From Bellilinea caldifistulae (GTDB lineage: Bacteria > Chloroflexota > Anaerolineae > Anaerolineales > Anaerolineaceae), in the NCBI RefSeq assembly GCF_001306055.1, contig NZ_LGHJ01000001.1, forward strand, positions 20,104-52,103: DNA of 32,000 nucleotides, given 5' to 3'. The notes beneath the pieces are model-generated. The model saw only the letters and a program-made list of their open reading frames with translations. It was not told the DNA's origin and ran no database searches. The translations under genes and the position numbers were made by a program. Below are positions 1 to 8,340 of this stretch, piece after piece; position 1 is the first letter of the stretch, and each line of letters opens with the position of its first letter.

Positions 1-217
1 CGGCTGATGCTTTTGACCGGCTGATGGCAGATTTTTTGTGTGAACCGGGCGGGTTCAGGGGTTGCAATGCTGCGCTGCCAGTGAAGTTCGGCTTTCTCAA
101 TCACGCGCCCGACCAGCGGGGGACTTCCCCGCCCGCCGTTTTGCAGGGCGCGTACAATCGTTTCGACCTCAGGCAGCTCCGGCATGGTTCATCGAACAGA
201 TCGGGCGGGGAAGCGGG

Positions 218-1213
218 TTACTCGTTGAACATCTCACCCACGCTGCGCCCTTCATTGGCGCGGTGGATGACTTCCCCCAAGAGGGGGGCAATCGAAAGAA
301 CTTTCAGCCGCTCGCCGAACAGAGCGGCTTTTTCGTGCGGGATGGGGATGGTGTTGGTGGTGACAAATTGGGTAACCGGCAAAGCCGCAAGCCGCTGGGC
401 GGCATCCCGCGAAAAGACGGCGTGGACAAAGGAAATGTAGATGTTGCGCGCGCCGTTTTCCTTGACCAGATTGACTGCCTGGGCGATTGAGCCACCAGTA
501 TCAATTTCATCGTCCACCAGGATCACATCCCGGTCGTACACATCCCCAATCAGCGTCAGGGCTTCGGCTTTGGCGTTGTTAGCCAGCCGCCGTTTTTCGA
601 TGAACGCCAGCGGCAGTTGCAGTTTGGCGGCGTAGTTGCGCGCTTTTTTGGCAAATCCCAAATCGGCTGTGACCACCACCGGCGAGTGCAGGCGGTTGAG
701 GATGGTTTTGAAGTAGTCGGTGAGCATGTGGAAGGCGGTCAGCACATCGCCGGGGATGGAAAAGAAGCCCTGAATCTGGCCGGCGTGTAAATCCATGGTG
801 ATGTAGCGGTCGGCGCCGGCAATTTCGATCATATCGGCAACCAGGCGGGCGGTAATCGGTACCCGCGGCTGGTCTTTCTTGTCCGAGCGGGCGTAGCACA
901 GGTAGGGCACCACGGCGGTGATGCGCGCCGCCGAATCCAGCCGCAGGGTTTGCAGCAGAATGAGCAATTCCATCAGGTTGCGGTGGACAGGTGCCGAGGT
1001 AGTTTGAATGACATAACAATCCTGCCCACGCACGCTGCCGTGCAGTTTGACGAACAGGTTCTCATTGGGAAATTCGATCACATCCCGACCGCACAGGGGC
1101 AGATTGAGGTAGCTGGCAATGTCCTGAGCCAGTTCCGGGCAGGCTGTGCCTGCATACAGGCGTATGTCACCATACATCATCCGTTCGTGGCGGGAATGAT
1201 TATGTGTAGGCAT
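218..1213 (-). CDS. prs: ribose-phosphate pyrophosphokinase (PRPP synthetase)
   Basis: 331-aa ORF. Family hallmarks are visible in the translation: 'ITMDLHAGQIQGFF' and the PRPP-binding loop 'VILVDDEIDTGGS'. The true start may be the internal MMYGD Met. Confidence 0.92.
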   Translation of the reverse strand: MPTHNHSRHERMMYGDIRLYAGTACPELAQDIASYLNLPLCGRDVIEFPNENLFVKLHGSVRGQDCYVIQTTSAPVHRNLMELLILLQTLRLDSAARITAVVPYLCYARSDKKDQPRVPITARLVADMIEIAGADRYITMDLHAGQIQGFFSIPGDVLTAFHMLTDYFKTILNRLHSPVVVTADLGFAKKARNYAAKLQLPLAFIEKRRLANNAKAEALTLIGDVYDRDVILVDDEIDTGGSIAQAVNLVKENGARNIYISFVHAVFSRDAAQRLAALPVTQFVTTNTIPIPHEKAALFGERLKVLSIAPLLGEVIHRANEGRSVGEMFNE

Positions 1214-1239
1214 ATTCTCTTCTCTATCCTAAGTATACC

Positions 1240-1782
1240 TTAGTCGGCGCGTGAATACCACTCCGAACGAAGGACACTCATCACAATGACATCAATGAAA
1301 CGGCCGTGTTTGTACACATCCTGCCGCAGGCGGCCTTCTTCCACGAAACCGACTTTCTGGTAAGCCCGAATGCCGCGCGGGTTGGTCTCATAGACATGCA
1401 GGTAGACCTTATTCAGGTTGAGGTAGTCAAAAGCATAGCCCACCATCGTGCGCAGGGCTTCGCTGCCGTAACCGCGATTCCAGTACTGCTTTTCGCCGAT
1501 GAACAGGCCAACTTCGGCATGGCGCGCGTGCCATTCAATTTTCATCAGACCGATGTTGCCGATGGGCAGCCACTCCCCGCCGATTTCGATTTCAATCACC
1601 AGCGGACGTTCTTCCTTGGGGCGTTTCAACAAGCTGCTGTACCATTCTTCCTCTTCATCCAGCGACATCGGCGCGAACATCAGCAGATTTTCGCGTACTT
1701 CGGGGTCGTTCAGCCAGCGTACAAAACGGGGCAGGTCGTCTTTTTCGACAGCGCGCAGCCGCAATCCATTGCCGTAAATCAT
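1240..1782 (-). CDS. GNAT family N-acetyltransferase (RimJ/RimL-like size)
   Basis: 180-aa ORF with a GNAT acetyl-CoA-binding core ('WNRGYGSEALRTMVGYAF...VYLHVYETNPRGIRAYQKVGF'). It lies 8 nt downstream of aspS and 26 nt upstream of prs on the same strand. Confidence 0.8.
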   Translation of the reverse strand: MIYGNGLRLRAVEKDDLPRFVRWLNDPEVRENLLMFAPMSLDEEEEWYSSLLKRPKEERPLVIEIEIGGEWLPIGNIGLMKIEWHARHAEVGLFIGEKQYWNRGYGSEALRTMVGYAFDYLNLNKVYLHVYETNPRGIRAYQKVGFVEEGRLRQDVYKHGRFIDVIVMSVLRSEWYSRAD

Positions 1783-1790
1783 CGCCCCTC

Positions 1791-3110
1791 CTAGGGGTGC
1801 AGGCGGTTTGGCCCGCGGAAGAGGAAGACCGCCTCGCGGATGTTGGGCAGGTTGAGCATGACCATCAGCAAGCGCGAAAGCCCCAGCCCAAAACCGCCGT
1901 GCGGTGGACAGCCGTAGCGGAAGAAATCCAGATAAAACTGGATGGACTGGATGGAAAGGCCTTTTTCAATCGCCTGCTGGCGCAGGATCTCGTAGCGATG
2001 TTCGCGCTGGGCGCCGGTGACGATTTCGGTGCCGTTGGCGATCAGGTCAAACGACTTGGTCAGGTGCGGCTGATCGGCGTGGCGCATGTGGTAGAACGGG
2101 CGCACACTGATCGGCCAGTCAATCAGGTAGAAGAAGTCGTGATCATAAGTGCGCTTGATGTAGTCGGCCAGGGCGCGTTCCCCACCGGGATCAATATCGC
2201 CTTTCTTTTCGGGCGGGATTTGATAACCGACCTCTTTGAGAATCTCCAGGGCCTGCGCCATGGTGATGCGCGGGAAGGGGACACTGGGGACGCGCAGATC
2301 CACCCCAAAGTGCTGCTTAATTTCTTCATCGTGGGCGTCTTTGACCCGCTGATAAACATATTGCAGCATGTTTTCCAGAAAACGCATCACATCCTCATGC
2401 GATTCGATGTAAGAGATTTCCATGTCAATGCCGGTGAACTCGGTCATGTGGCGCGAGGTGAAGGACGGGTCGGCGCGGAAAACCGGCCCAATTTCAAAGA
2501 CGCGCTCAAAACCGGCTGCCATGGCCATCTGCTTGTAGAACTGGGGCGACTGAGCCAGATAGGCCTTGGTCTCAAAATACTGCACCTCGAATAATTCGGC
2601 GCCGGACTCGCTGGGTGAACCCATCAGTTTCGGCGAGTGGATTTCAATGAAATCGTGCTTCAGCCAGTATTCGCGGAAGGCCGCTTCAGCCGTGGTTTGT
2701 ACCTTGAAAAGCAGGGTGACCGGCGGGCGGCGCATGTCCAGAAAGCGCCAATCGAGCCGGTAATCAATTGAGGGCAGGGCTTCGGCGGTCGGGTCGAGCG
2801 GAATGGGCGCTTCGGCCGGGCCGATCACCTCGTAAGTTTCCAGTTGAATTTCCAGCCCGCCGAGTTTGACGATGGGGTTATCCACCACCGTGCCGGTGAC
2901 CGAAACGACGCTTTCGGTGGGGGTGGCGGAAATTTTCTCCGCCAGGGCCGGGTCGTTGGCCTTCCAGAAGGCCACCTGCACCAGGCCGCTCAGGTCGCGC
3001 AGGATCAGGAATTGCATTTTCTTTTGATCGCGCAGGGTTTGCAAAAAACCCTGCACTTTGACTTTTTCGCCAATGTGCTGGCGCAGGTCGGCAATTTTGG
3101 TTCTTTCCAT
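1791..3110 (-). CDS. aspS: aspartate--tRNA ligase, short archaeal/eukaryal-type (no GAD insertion domain)
   Basis: 439-aa ORF. It has an N-terminal OB-fold-like segment and class II aaRS motifs ('FRAD', 'GGFGLGLSRLLM' motif 3). GAGGAG lies about 11 nt upstream of the ATG. Confidence 0.9.
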   Translation of the reverse strand: MERTKIADLRQHIGEKVKVQGFLQTLRDQKKMQFLILRDLSGLVQVAFWKANDPALAEKISATPTESVVSVTGTVVDNPIVKLGGLEIQLETYEVIGPAEAPIPLDPTAEALPSIDYRLDWRFLDMRRPPVTLLFKVQTTAEAAFREYWLKHDFIEIHSPKLMGSPSESGAELFEVQYFETKAYLAQSPQFYKQMAMAAGFERVFEIGPVFRADPSFTSRHMTEFTGIDMEISYIESHEDVMRFLENMLQYVYQRVKDAHDEEIKQHFGVDLRVPSVPFPRITMAQALEILKEVGYQIPPEKKGDIDPGGERALADYIKRTYDHDFFYLIDWPISVRPFYHMRHADQPHLTKSFDLIANGTEIVTGAQREHRYEILRQQAIEKGLSIQSIQFYLDFFRYGCPPHGGFGLGLSRLLMVMLNLPNIREAVFLFRGPNRLHP

Positions 3111-3148
3111 GGTGATTTCTTCTCCTCACTTTGGGTTGGGATTTCAAT

Positions 3149-4174
3149 TCAAGCGTTGAACAGCGCAGTAGACCCGCGCTGAATGGATTGCGGCAGAGGG
3201 GGTTCGCCCAGCAGACTGTGGAGCGCCTGATAGGGCGAAATGCGGCGTGCCTGCAGGTCGGTCAGAATTTGCTGATACTGCCCCTCTGGCAGGCTGCTGC
3301 GCCAGCGTTTGAGCAGAGCGGTTTGCAGCAATTCTTCCAGTTGAGTTTGCAGGCGGCTGCGGTCGCGCACCTGCCAGCCGCCGGACTGGCGGAGGTAGGC
3401 AGCGTGTGCCTGAATGTGCCCGAGCAACTCGGCGATGCCTTCGTTCTGGGTGGCGATGGTAGGCACCAGCGGAGGACGCCAGACGACCGGCAAACTTTCC
3501 GCCGTTTCTTCGTGGGGCGGGCGGCCCAGTTCCAGCATGGCGCGCAGCGTGCGCAGGGCATTTTCGGCGCCCGGCAGGTCGGCCTTGTTCAGCACCAGGA
3601 TATCGGCAATTTCCAGAATGCCGGCTTTGATCGCCTGAATATCGTCACCCATGCCGGGGGCTTCGACCACCAGGACGGTGTGCGCCAGCCGTGCAATTTC
3701 CACTTCGGATTGACCGGCACCGACCGTTTCGATGAGGATGATGTCGAAACCGGCGCTGTCCAACGCCTGAACGACGGCGGGGGTGGTGCGGGCCAGCCCG
3801 CCCAGCGCGCCGCGTGAGGCCATCGAGCGGATGAACACGCCGGGGTCACCACTCAGGTCGCGCATGCGCACACGGTCACCCAGCAGGGCGCCGCCGGTGA
3901 AGGGCGAGGAAGGGTCCACGGCGACAATCGCCACCGTGCGCGGCGGACTGCCGTCTGCCGGCCGGCGGAAGGCTTGTGCCAGTCGGTTGACGAGAGAGGA
4001 CTTGCCGGCGCCCGGTGAACCGGTCACACCGATCCAGTGGGCGCGTCCGCTGTGGGGAAAAAGGCGGTCGAGGGCGGCCTCGCCTTGGGGGTCCTCGTTT
4101 TCGATCAAGGTCAGCAAACGCGCCAGTGCAAGGCGGCTGCCAGCCAGCACTTCCTCAGCCAGAGTGGTCATCAA
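3149..4174 (-). CDS. meaB: methylmalonyl-CoA mutase-associated G3E GTPase MeaB/ArgK
   Basis: 341-aa ORF with P-loop 'GVTGSPGAGKSSL', 'ETVGAGQSE' and NKxD 'VLNKADL'. It sits 8 nt downstream of the B12-binding mutase subunit gene. Confidence 0.9.
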   Translation of the reverse strand: MMTTLAEEVLAGSRLALARLLTLIENEDPQGEAALDRLFPHSGRAHWIGVTGSPGAGKSSLVNRLAQAFRRPADGSPPRTVAIVAVDPSSPFTGGALLGDRVRMRDLSGDPGVFIRSMASRGALGGLARTTPAVVQALDSAGFDIILIETVGAGQSEVEIARLAHTVLVVEAPGMGDDIQAIKAGILEIADILVLNKADLPGAENALRTLRAMLELGRPPHEETAESLPVVWRPPLVPTIATQNEGIAELLGHIQAHAAYLRQSGGWQVRDRSRLQTQLEELLQTALLKRWRSSLPEGQYQQILTDLQARRISPYQALHSLLGEPPLPQSIQRGSTALFNA

Positions 4175-4182
4175 GGACGGCC

Positions 4183-4593
4183 TCAGGCGTGGTTTTCCTG
4201 TAAGATGGCAGCCCGCAGGTCTTCAACCACTTTTTGGGTGGAAGTGCCGGGGCCGTAGACAGCGCGCACGCCCATTGCCAGCAGGGCGGGGATGTCGCTT
4301 TCGGGGATGATGCCGCCGACAAAGACATGCACATGGCCCTGTCCGTTGGCGCGCAACAGTTCCAGCACGCGCGGCACCAGCGCCATGTGAGCGCCGGAGA
4401 GGATGGAAAGCCCCACCGCGTCCACATCCTCTTGTAAGGCGGCCTCGGCAATCATCTCCGGCGTTTGGCGCAGGCCGGTGTAGATGACTTCCATGCCGGC
4501 GTCCCGCAGAGCGCGGGCGACCACCTTGGCGCCGCGGTCGTGGCCATCCAAACCGGGTTTGGTAATCAGCACACGGATTTTACGTTCGGTCAT
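4183..4593 (-). CDS. methylmalonyl-CoA mutase, cobalamin-binding (C-terminal domain) subunit
   Basis: 136-aa ORF with the B12-binding DxHxxG signature ('[10 protein letters not shown]') and a Rossmann-like '[13 protein letters not shown]' segment. Confidence 0.88.
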   Translation of the reverse strand: MTERKIRVLITKPGLDGHDRGAKVVARALRDAGMEVIYTGLRQTPEMIAEAALQEDVDAVGLSILSGAHMALVPRVLELLRANGQGHVHVFVGGIIPESDIPALLAMGVRAVYGPGTSTQKVVEDLRAAILQENHA

Positions 4594-4697
4594 TCGGTTT
4601 TGCCTCAGGGTGAAGTTGTTTCAATTATACCGCGTCCTGTCGTCAGACAATATCCCCTTATAAGGAAAGGAATAGTGTCATATCCGGCAGGTGACGG

Positions 4698-5387
4698 TTA
4701 ACCCTGAGGGGGCGGTTCTTCCAGCAGGTCATCCGTGACCTCGGCGCCGGGCAGAAGGAATAAGTCGGGATTTTTCCACATATAGACCACCGCCCCGGCG
4801 CGGCTCTTGACCCCGATTTTTTGGTAAGCCATGGTTACATAGTTCTTAATTGTGCCGGGTTGGAGGGCAAGTTGTTCAGAAATTCGAGCGTTTTCATATC
4901 CCAGGGCAATCAACGTCAGCACCTGCCGTTCGCGATTGCTCAAAGGCGATCGCAGCGGTCGTTCCCGGAGAAAAGTGTCCAGCATCTCCGGCAGGGAAGT
5001 GAAATCAGTGCGGCCATCCAGTAAAAACTGGATAACCTTAGCCAATTTTTCCAACTCAATTTCCAGCGGCAGCCAGGCATGAATGGTGATACGCTGCACG
5101 GCGCGCAGGATGACCGGCAGGCTGCTGTGGGGGGCGATCAGCAACGTCTTTGTGGCGGTAGGCAGGGGGGGAGCGGAAGCGTTCTGAGTCAGAGCAGCAA
5201 GGCGTGGTGCATCGAGGATCAGCACATCCGGTTCTGGCCGTTGGGAATCGGCAGCGAGGAACGAATCATCATCGAGAATGTGGTATTTGAAGGAAGGGAA
5301 TTCTTCCTTCAGGAAAGCGATCAATCCTTTTTTCAGAAGCGGGACGGAAACGGCGATGCAGACCAGAGGGGGAAAGTTGTTCGCCAT
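4698..5387 (-). CDS. LuxR-family transcriptional regulator with a degenerate receiver-like N-terminal domain
   Basis: The C-terminal LuxR/GerE HTH is 'SNRERQVLTLIALGYENARISEQLALQPGTIKNYVTMAYQKIGVKSRAGAV'. The start is placed at Met27 of the 4698..5465 ORF because AAAGGA lies 5-6 nt upstream of that ATG. The longer form is possible. Confidence 0.8.
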   Translation of the reverse strand: MANNFPPLVCIAVSVPLLKKGLIAFLKEEFPSFKYHILDDDSFLAADSQRPEPDVLILDAPRLAALTQNASAPPLPTATKTLLIAPHSSLPVILRAVQRITIHAWLPLEIELEKLAKVIQFLLDGRTDFTSLPEMLDTFLRERPLRSPLSNRERQVLTLIALGYENARISEQLALQPGTIKNYVTMAYQKIGVKSRAGAVVYMWKNPDLFLLPGAEVTDDLLEEPPPQG

Positions 5388-5465
5388 TCGATCCTTTAGA
5401 AAATGGTTCGTGGGAAAAAAGAACGCCGGTAAGTTTATGGTAAGGGAATCAATCCAATTTGTCAA
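5322..5465. repeat. left copy of a ~144-bp direct repeat (LuxR promoter, RBS and first ~20 codons)
   Basis: Near-identical to 10795..10939 in the same orientation, with a few substitutions and one 1-nt indel by manual alignment. Confidence 0.9.
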
Positions 5466-5476
5466 TAGGGGTCAAA

Positions 5477-5534
5477 GTCATGTCAGGGGGCATGACCGGC
5501 GGTACTTCCCCTTTGTTCTTCAATTTGCTATGAT
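5477..5534 (+). promoter_or_regulatory. candidate operator dyad GTCATG-N8-CATGAC plus weak sigma70-like promoter (TTCCCC-17-TATGAT)
   Basis: Dyad at 5477..5496. TTCCCC at 5506..5511 and TATGAT at 5529..5534. GAGAGGA RBS before ATG 5572. The whole block repeats upstream of cassette 2. Confidence 0.4.
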
Positions 5535-5571
5535 GGCTTTGGTGAAAAAACGCAGAAGCAGAGAGGACGAT

Positions 5572-6426
5572 ATGTTCAGAAAACCCTATATTGTTTTGAT
5601 TGCGCTGCTGGTGCTGGCAGCGGGTTTCATCTTGTTGATGGCACAAAAACCGGGTGAGGCAAAAAGTGAAGCGGCAGCGCAGACGGCTTTACCAACGGCT
5701 GTGGGAGAAGTGATCCAAGCCGCGCAAAGCGTTACACCGGTCATGGCCGCAGAAGTCGAAATGAGCGCGGCACAGGTGCGCGAGGCTTTGGTCGAACGGG
5801 CAAAGCAACATCTCTTCAAACCCGGCTGGGTACTGGTGCGCGAAACTTTCACCGATTTCACCAAGGCCGAAGACTACGTTGTGGTTCCGATGAACGGACA
5901 AATCATCCCCAAGAACTGGGTGCGCGAAACATGGTTGTTGGTGGATGAAGGTTTACAGGTTAAGGCAATGTTTTCCGAGAAAAAAATGCTGGATGACACA
6001 ATCGTATCTTTGACGCGTGCCAGTGATGGATCTTTTGGAAAGGCGTTTAATGCCGAAATTCTTCCAAATGTTCAGATTGACTACTGGACGAAAACCGAAA
6101 CCTTGGACCGACTTATTGAGCAGGGTGAGACTCAAAGGGTTGTTTTTCAATTTCTTTCGCTGGATGGAAAGCGGGTTTTGTATGCAGTTTATTCAGACGT
6201 TTTTCCCTCCCCTATTCGTATGGAGGGGCTGAAACAACCCCTTATTTCGTTTAGCACTGAGGATCATTATGATTGGGAAATCGGTCAGTTTCTGTTCAGT
6301 GAGGGGTGGGCAACGCTGACAGATGGCAACCGCCAACTTGTTGGTCGGCTAGAAATGAGCATTGATTGCAATTCCACCCCACCGGATGCGGTTTTGGAGG
6401 GGTTTTCAATCACGCCGGAGGAATAA
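5572..6426 (+). CDS. signal-anchored extracytoplasmic protein of unknown function (cassette 1, large gene)
   Basis: 284 aa. An N-terminal hydrophobic helix 'IVLIALLVLAAGFILLM' is followed by an Ala/Glu-rich linker. It is a paralog of 7006..7860 and has the same length. Start 5572 is chosen because copy 2 has an in-frame stop 18 nt upstream of the equivalent ATG, and the upstream region differs by a 1-nt indel between copies. Confidence 0.8.
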   Translation: MFRKPYIVLIALLVLAAGFILLMAQKPGEAKSEAAAQTALPTAVGEVIQAAQSVTPVMAAEVEMSAAQVREALVERAKQHLFKPGWVLVRETFTDFTKAEDYVVVPMNGQIIPKNWVRETWLLVDEGLQVKAMFSEKKMLDDTIVSLTRASDGSFGKAFNAEILPNVQIDYWTKTETLDRLIEQGETQRVVFQFLSLDGKRVLYAVYSDVFPSPIRMEGLKQPLISFSTEDHYDWEIGQFLFSEGWATLTDGNRQLVGRLEMSIDCNSTPPDAVLEGFSITPEE

Positions 6427-6878
6427 TGAAATCAAAATCAATCTCATTTAGGGTTTTCACGATTGTCTTTCTATTTCTGGTAATCCTGTCAGGTGAGGTT
6501 ATTGCAGCCGGCGGCAGCAAAACCGTTTCCGGCTCGATATCGGGTATCACCTATTTTGCAGAAAAAAGTGTGTACACCTATACTACCTCATGGACTGCGT
6601 CTGCCAAAAGTAGCGCAATTTCAAACATCTCTATCATTGGCTATACCTGGTGGACGGTTTATCGAATCTGTACCGATGATGTCTATGCTTATTACTCTCG
6701 TTCTGAGAATCAAAGTAACCGCAACAGTAACTACTTTGAAGACATAAAATGGATTGACCACTATCAATATTCCTGCAATCCCGGATATTTTGTTAAGAAG
6801 TCAGCCAGTCTCGGTAATCACCAGTTTACGTTGAATTCTACCCATCAGTACCCTTATGTGGAATATGTCTATCCTTAG
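6426..6878 (+). CDS. small secreted Tyr/Trp/Ser/Thr-rich protein with two Cys (cassette 1, small gene)
   Basis: 150 aa. Its ATG overlaps the upstream stop (TAATG) and GGAGG lies 5-6 nt upstream. The signal peptide is 'FRVFTIVFLFLVILSGEVIAA'. Paralog of 7857..8312. Confidence 0.8.
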   Translation: MKSKSISFRVFTIVFLFLVILSGEVIAAGGSKTVSGSISGITYFAEKSVYTYTTSWTASAKSSAISNISIIGYTWWTVYRICTDDVYAYYSRSENQSNRNSNYFEDIKWIDHYQYSCNPGYFVKKSASLGNHQFTLNSTHQYPYVEYVYP

Positions 6879-6911
6879 AAGAGAATAGGACCCTTTTTCG
6901 CTATGTTCAAA

Positions 6912-6969
6912 GTCATGGTGGGGGGCGTGACCGGCGGTACTTCCCCTTTGTTCTTCAATTTGCTATGAT
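6912..6969 (+). promoter_or_regulatory. second copy of dyad (GTCATG-N8-CGTGAC) plus TTCCCC-17-TATGAT promoter block
   Basis: Dyad at 6912..6931 with one arm mismatch. TTCCCC at 6941..6946 and TATGAT at 6964..6969. Confidence 0.4.
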
Positions 6970-7005
6970 GGCTTTGGTGAAAAACGCTGAAGCAGAGAGG
7001 ACGAT

Positions 7006-7860
7006 ATGTACAGAAAACCCTATATTGTTTTGATTGCGCTGCTGGTGCTGGCAGCGGGTTTCATCTTGTTGATGGCACAAAAACCGGGTGAGGCAAAAAG
7101 TGAAGCGGCAGCGCAGACGGCTTTACCAACGGCTGTGGGAGAAGTGATCCAAGCCGCGCAAAGCGTTACACCGGTCATGGCCGCAGAAGTCGAAATGAGC
7201 GCGGCACAGGTGCGCGAGGCTTTGGTCGAACGGGCAAAGCAACATCTCTTCAAACCCGGCTGGGTGATGGTGCGCGAGACGCTGACGAACTTCACCAACC
7301 GCGAGGAATATGTTGTGGTTCCAATGAACGGACAAATCATCCCCAAGAACTGGGTGCGCGAAACATGGTTGTTGGTGAATGAGGACTTAAAAGTAGTGGC
7401 GGGTTATTCTGTTGTAAAAAGTTTTAAAGGAGAACCTCTACTTGAGACAATCGTCAGTGATGGTTCTTTTGGAAAGATGATCCAACCAGAAAATTTACCC
7501 GGCTGGCAAGAGGAACACTGGCTATATCTTGACCTGTTCGAAAGAATGATCGAGTACGATGGCGGTAAAAGCGCAACTTTCTCCCTTATCGAACAGGGTG
7601 CCAAGCGTTTGCTGCGGGTCTTTTCCCAAGATTTCTATCCCTCTGCCGGTTATACCGAAGGGGTGGAAGGAGCCATTGTTTCATCCTTTTCAACCTCCTA
7701 TTATGACTGGGAAACTGGTCAATTTTTGCTCAGCGAGGACTGGGCAGTTTTGACCGATGGCAGTCATAAACAAATCAATCGCCTCGAGGTGGAAGTTGAA
7801 TATTCACCTGCCCCGCCTGCCGAGGTAGTTGCCCGATTCACCGGCGAGATAAAGCAATGA
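7006..7860 (+). CDS. signal-anchored extracytoplasmic protein of unknown function (cassette 2, large gene)
   Basis: 284 aa. The first ~125 residues are almost identical to 5572..6426. The C-terminal ~160 residues are strongly diverged but still alignable ('SDGSFGK', 'YDWExGQFL.SE.WA.LTDG'). Confidence 0.85.
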   Translation: MYRKPYIVLIALLVLAAGFILLMAQKPGEAKSEAAAQTALPTAVGEVIQAAQSVTPVMAAEVEMSAAQVREALVERAKQHLFKPGWVMVRETLTNFTNREEYVVVPMNGQIIPKNWVRETWLLVNEDLKVVAGYSVVKSFKGEPLLETIVSDGSFGKMIQPENLPGWQEEHWLYLDLFERMIEYDGGKSATFSLIEQGAKRLLRVFSQDFYPSAGYTEGVEGAIVSSFSTSYYDWETGQFLLSEDWAVLTDGSHKQINRLEVEVEYSPAPPAEVVARFTGEIKQ

Positions 7861-8312
7861 TCACAAACAGGCATCAAAAGCGGCTTATTCTATGGCTGGC
7901 TTTTATTTTGCTGGTCACCCAATTTGGTGAGAGTTCGGCTGGTGGCGGCAGCAAAACCGTTTCCGGCTCCATTTCGGGTATCACCTATTTTGCAGAAAAA
8001 AGTGTGTACACCTACACCAATACATGGACTGCGTCTGTCAAAAGTAGCACCGTCACAAATATCTCAATTATTGGCTACACCTGGTGGACGGTTTATCAGA
8101 TTTGCACAAACGATGTTTATTCTTACTATATTCGGTCAGAGAATAAAAATAACCGAAATAGCAGTTATTACGAGGACTCAAAATATGTTTATTACAAAGA
8201 TTACCCATGTCCAGGTGGTTCGTATATCAAAAAAACAGCCAGTCTCGGTAATCACCAGTTTACGTTGAATTCTACCCATCAGTACCCTTATGTGGAATAT
8301 GTCTATCCTTAG
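7857..8312 (+). CDS. small secreted Tyr/Trp/Ser/Thr-rich protein with two Cys (cassette 2, small gene)
   Basis: 151 aa with an ATGA start/stop overlap. Its signal peptide is unrelated to that of copy 1. The mature part is highly similar ('GGSKTVSGSISGITYFAEKSVYTYT...ASLGNHQFTLNSTHQYPYVEYVYP'). Confidence 0.85.
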   Translation: MITNRHQKRLILWLAFILLVTQFGESSAGGGSKTVSGSISGITYFAEKSVYTYTNTWTASVKSSTVTNISIIGYTWWTVYQICTNDVYSYYIRSENKNNRNSSYYEDSKYVYYKDYPCPGGSYIKKTASLGNHQFTLNSTHQYPYVEYVYP

Positions 8313-8340
8313 AAGAGAATAGGACCCTTTTTCGCTATGT

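Larger units (their letters stand above)
5472..6906 (+). repeat. tandem duplication unit A (promoter block + 284-aa gene + 150-aa gene + tail)
   Basis: The start codons of the paired genes are offset by 1434 nt (5572 to 7006) and 1431 nt (6426 to 7857). The ends of the unit are nucleotide-identical to unit B and the centre is diverged. Confidence 0.9.
6907..8340 (+). repeat. tandem duplication unit B
   Basis: Second copy of the ~1.43-kb unit. See unit A. Confidence 0.9.

Noticed and set aside
24-1243. Several 60-146-aa ORFs on both strands overlapping prs
   Set aside because: All lie within or opposite the clearly identifiable PRPP synthetase gene and show no motifs.
4594-4697. Cobalamin riboswitch upstream of the B12-binding mutase subunit
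   Set aside because: Only about 100 nt are available and much of that is promoter. I could not find a B12-box-like core, and the region is too short for the usual ~200-nt aptamer.
5278-5571. N-terminal extension of the first cassette gene (ORF-track start 5278; also ATGs at 5530/5533)
   Set aside because: The extension overlaps the LuxR gene's 5' end and promoter. In cassette 2 the equivalent upstream sequence has a 1-nt indel and an in-frame stop 18 nt before the ATG, so only the 5572-type start is conserved.
5572-8312. Diversity-generating retroelement (template/variable repeat) as explanation for the identical-plus-variable cassette copies
   Set aside because: Differences between the copies involve all four bases and indels rather than adenine-specific substitutions. 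No reverse transcriptase gene is present in the window.
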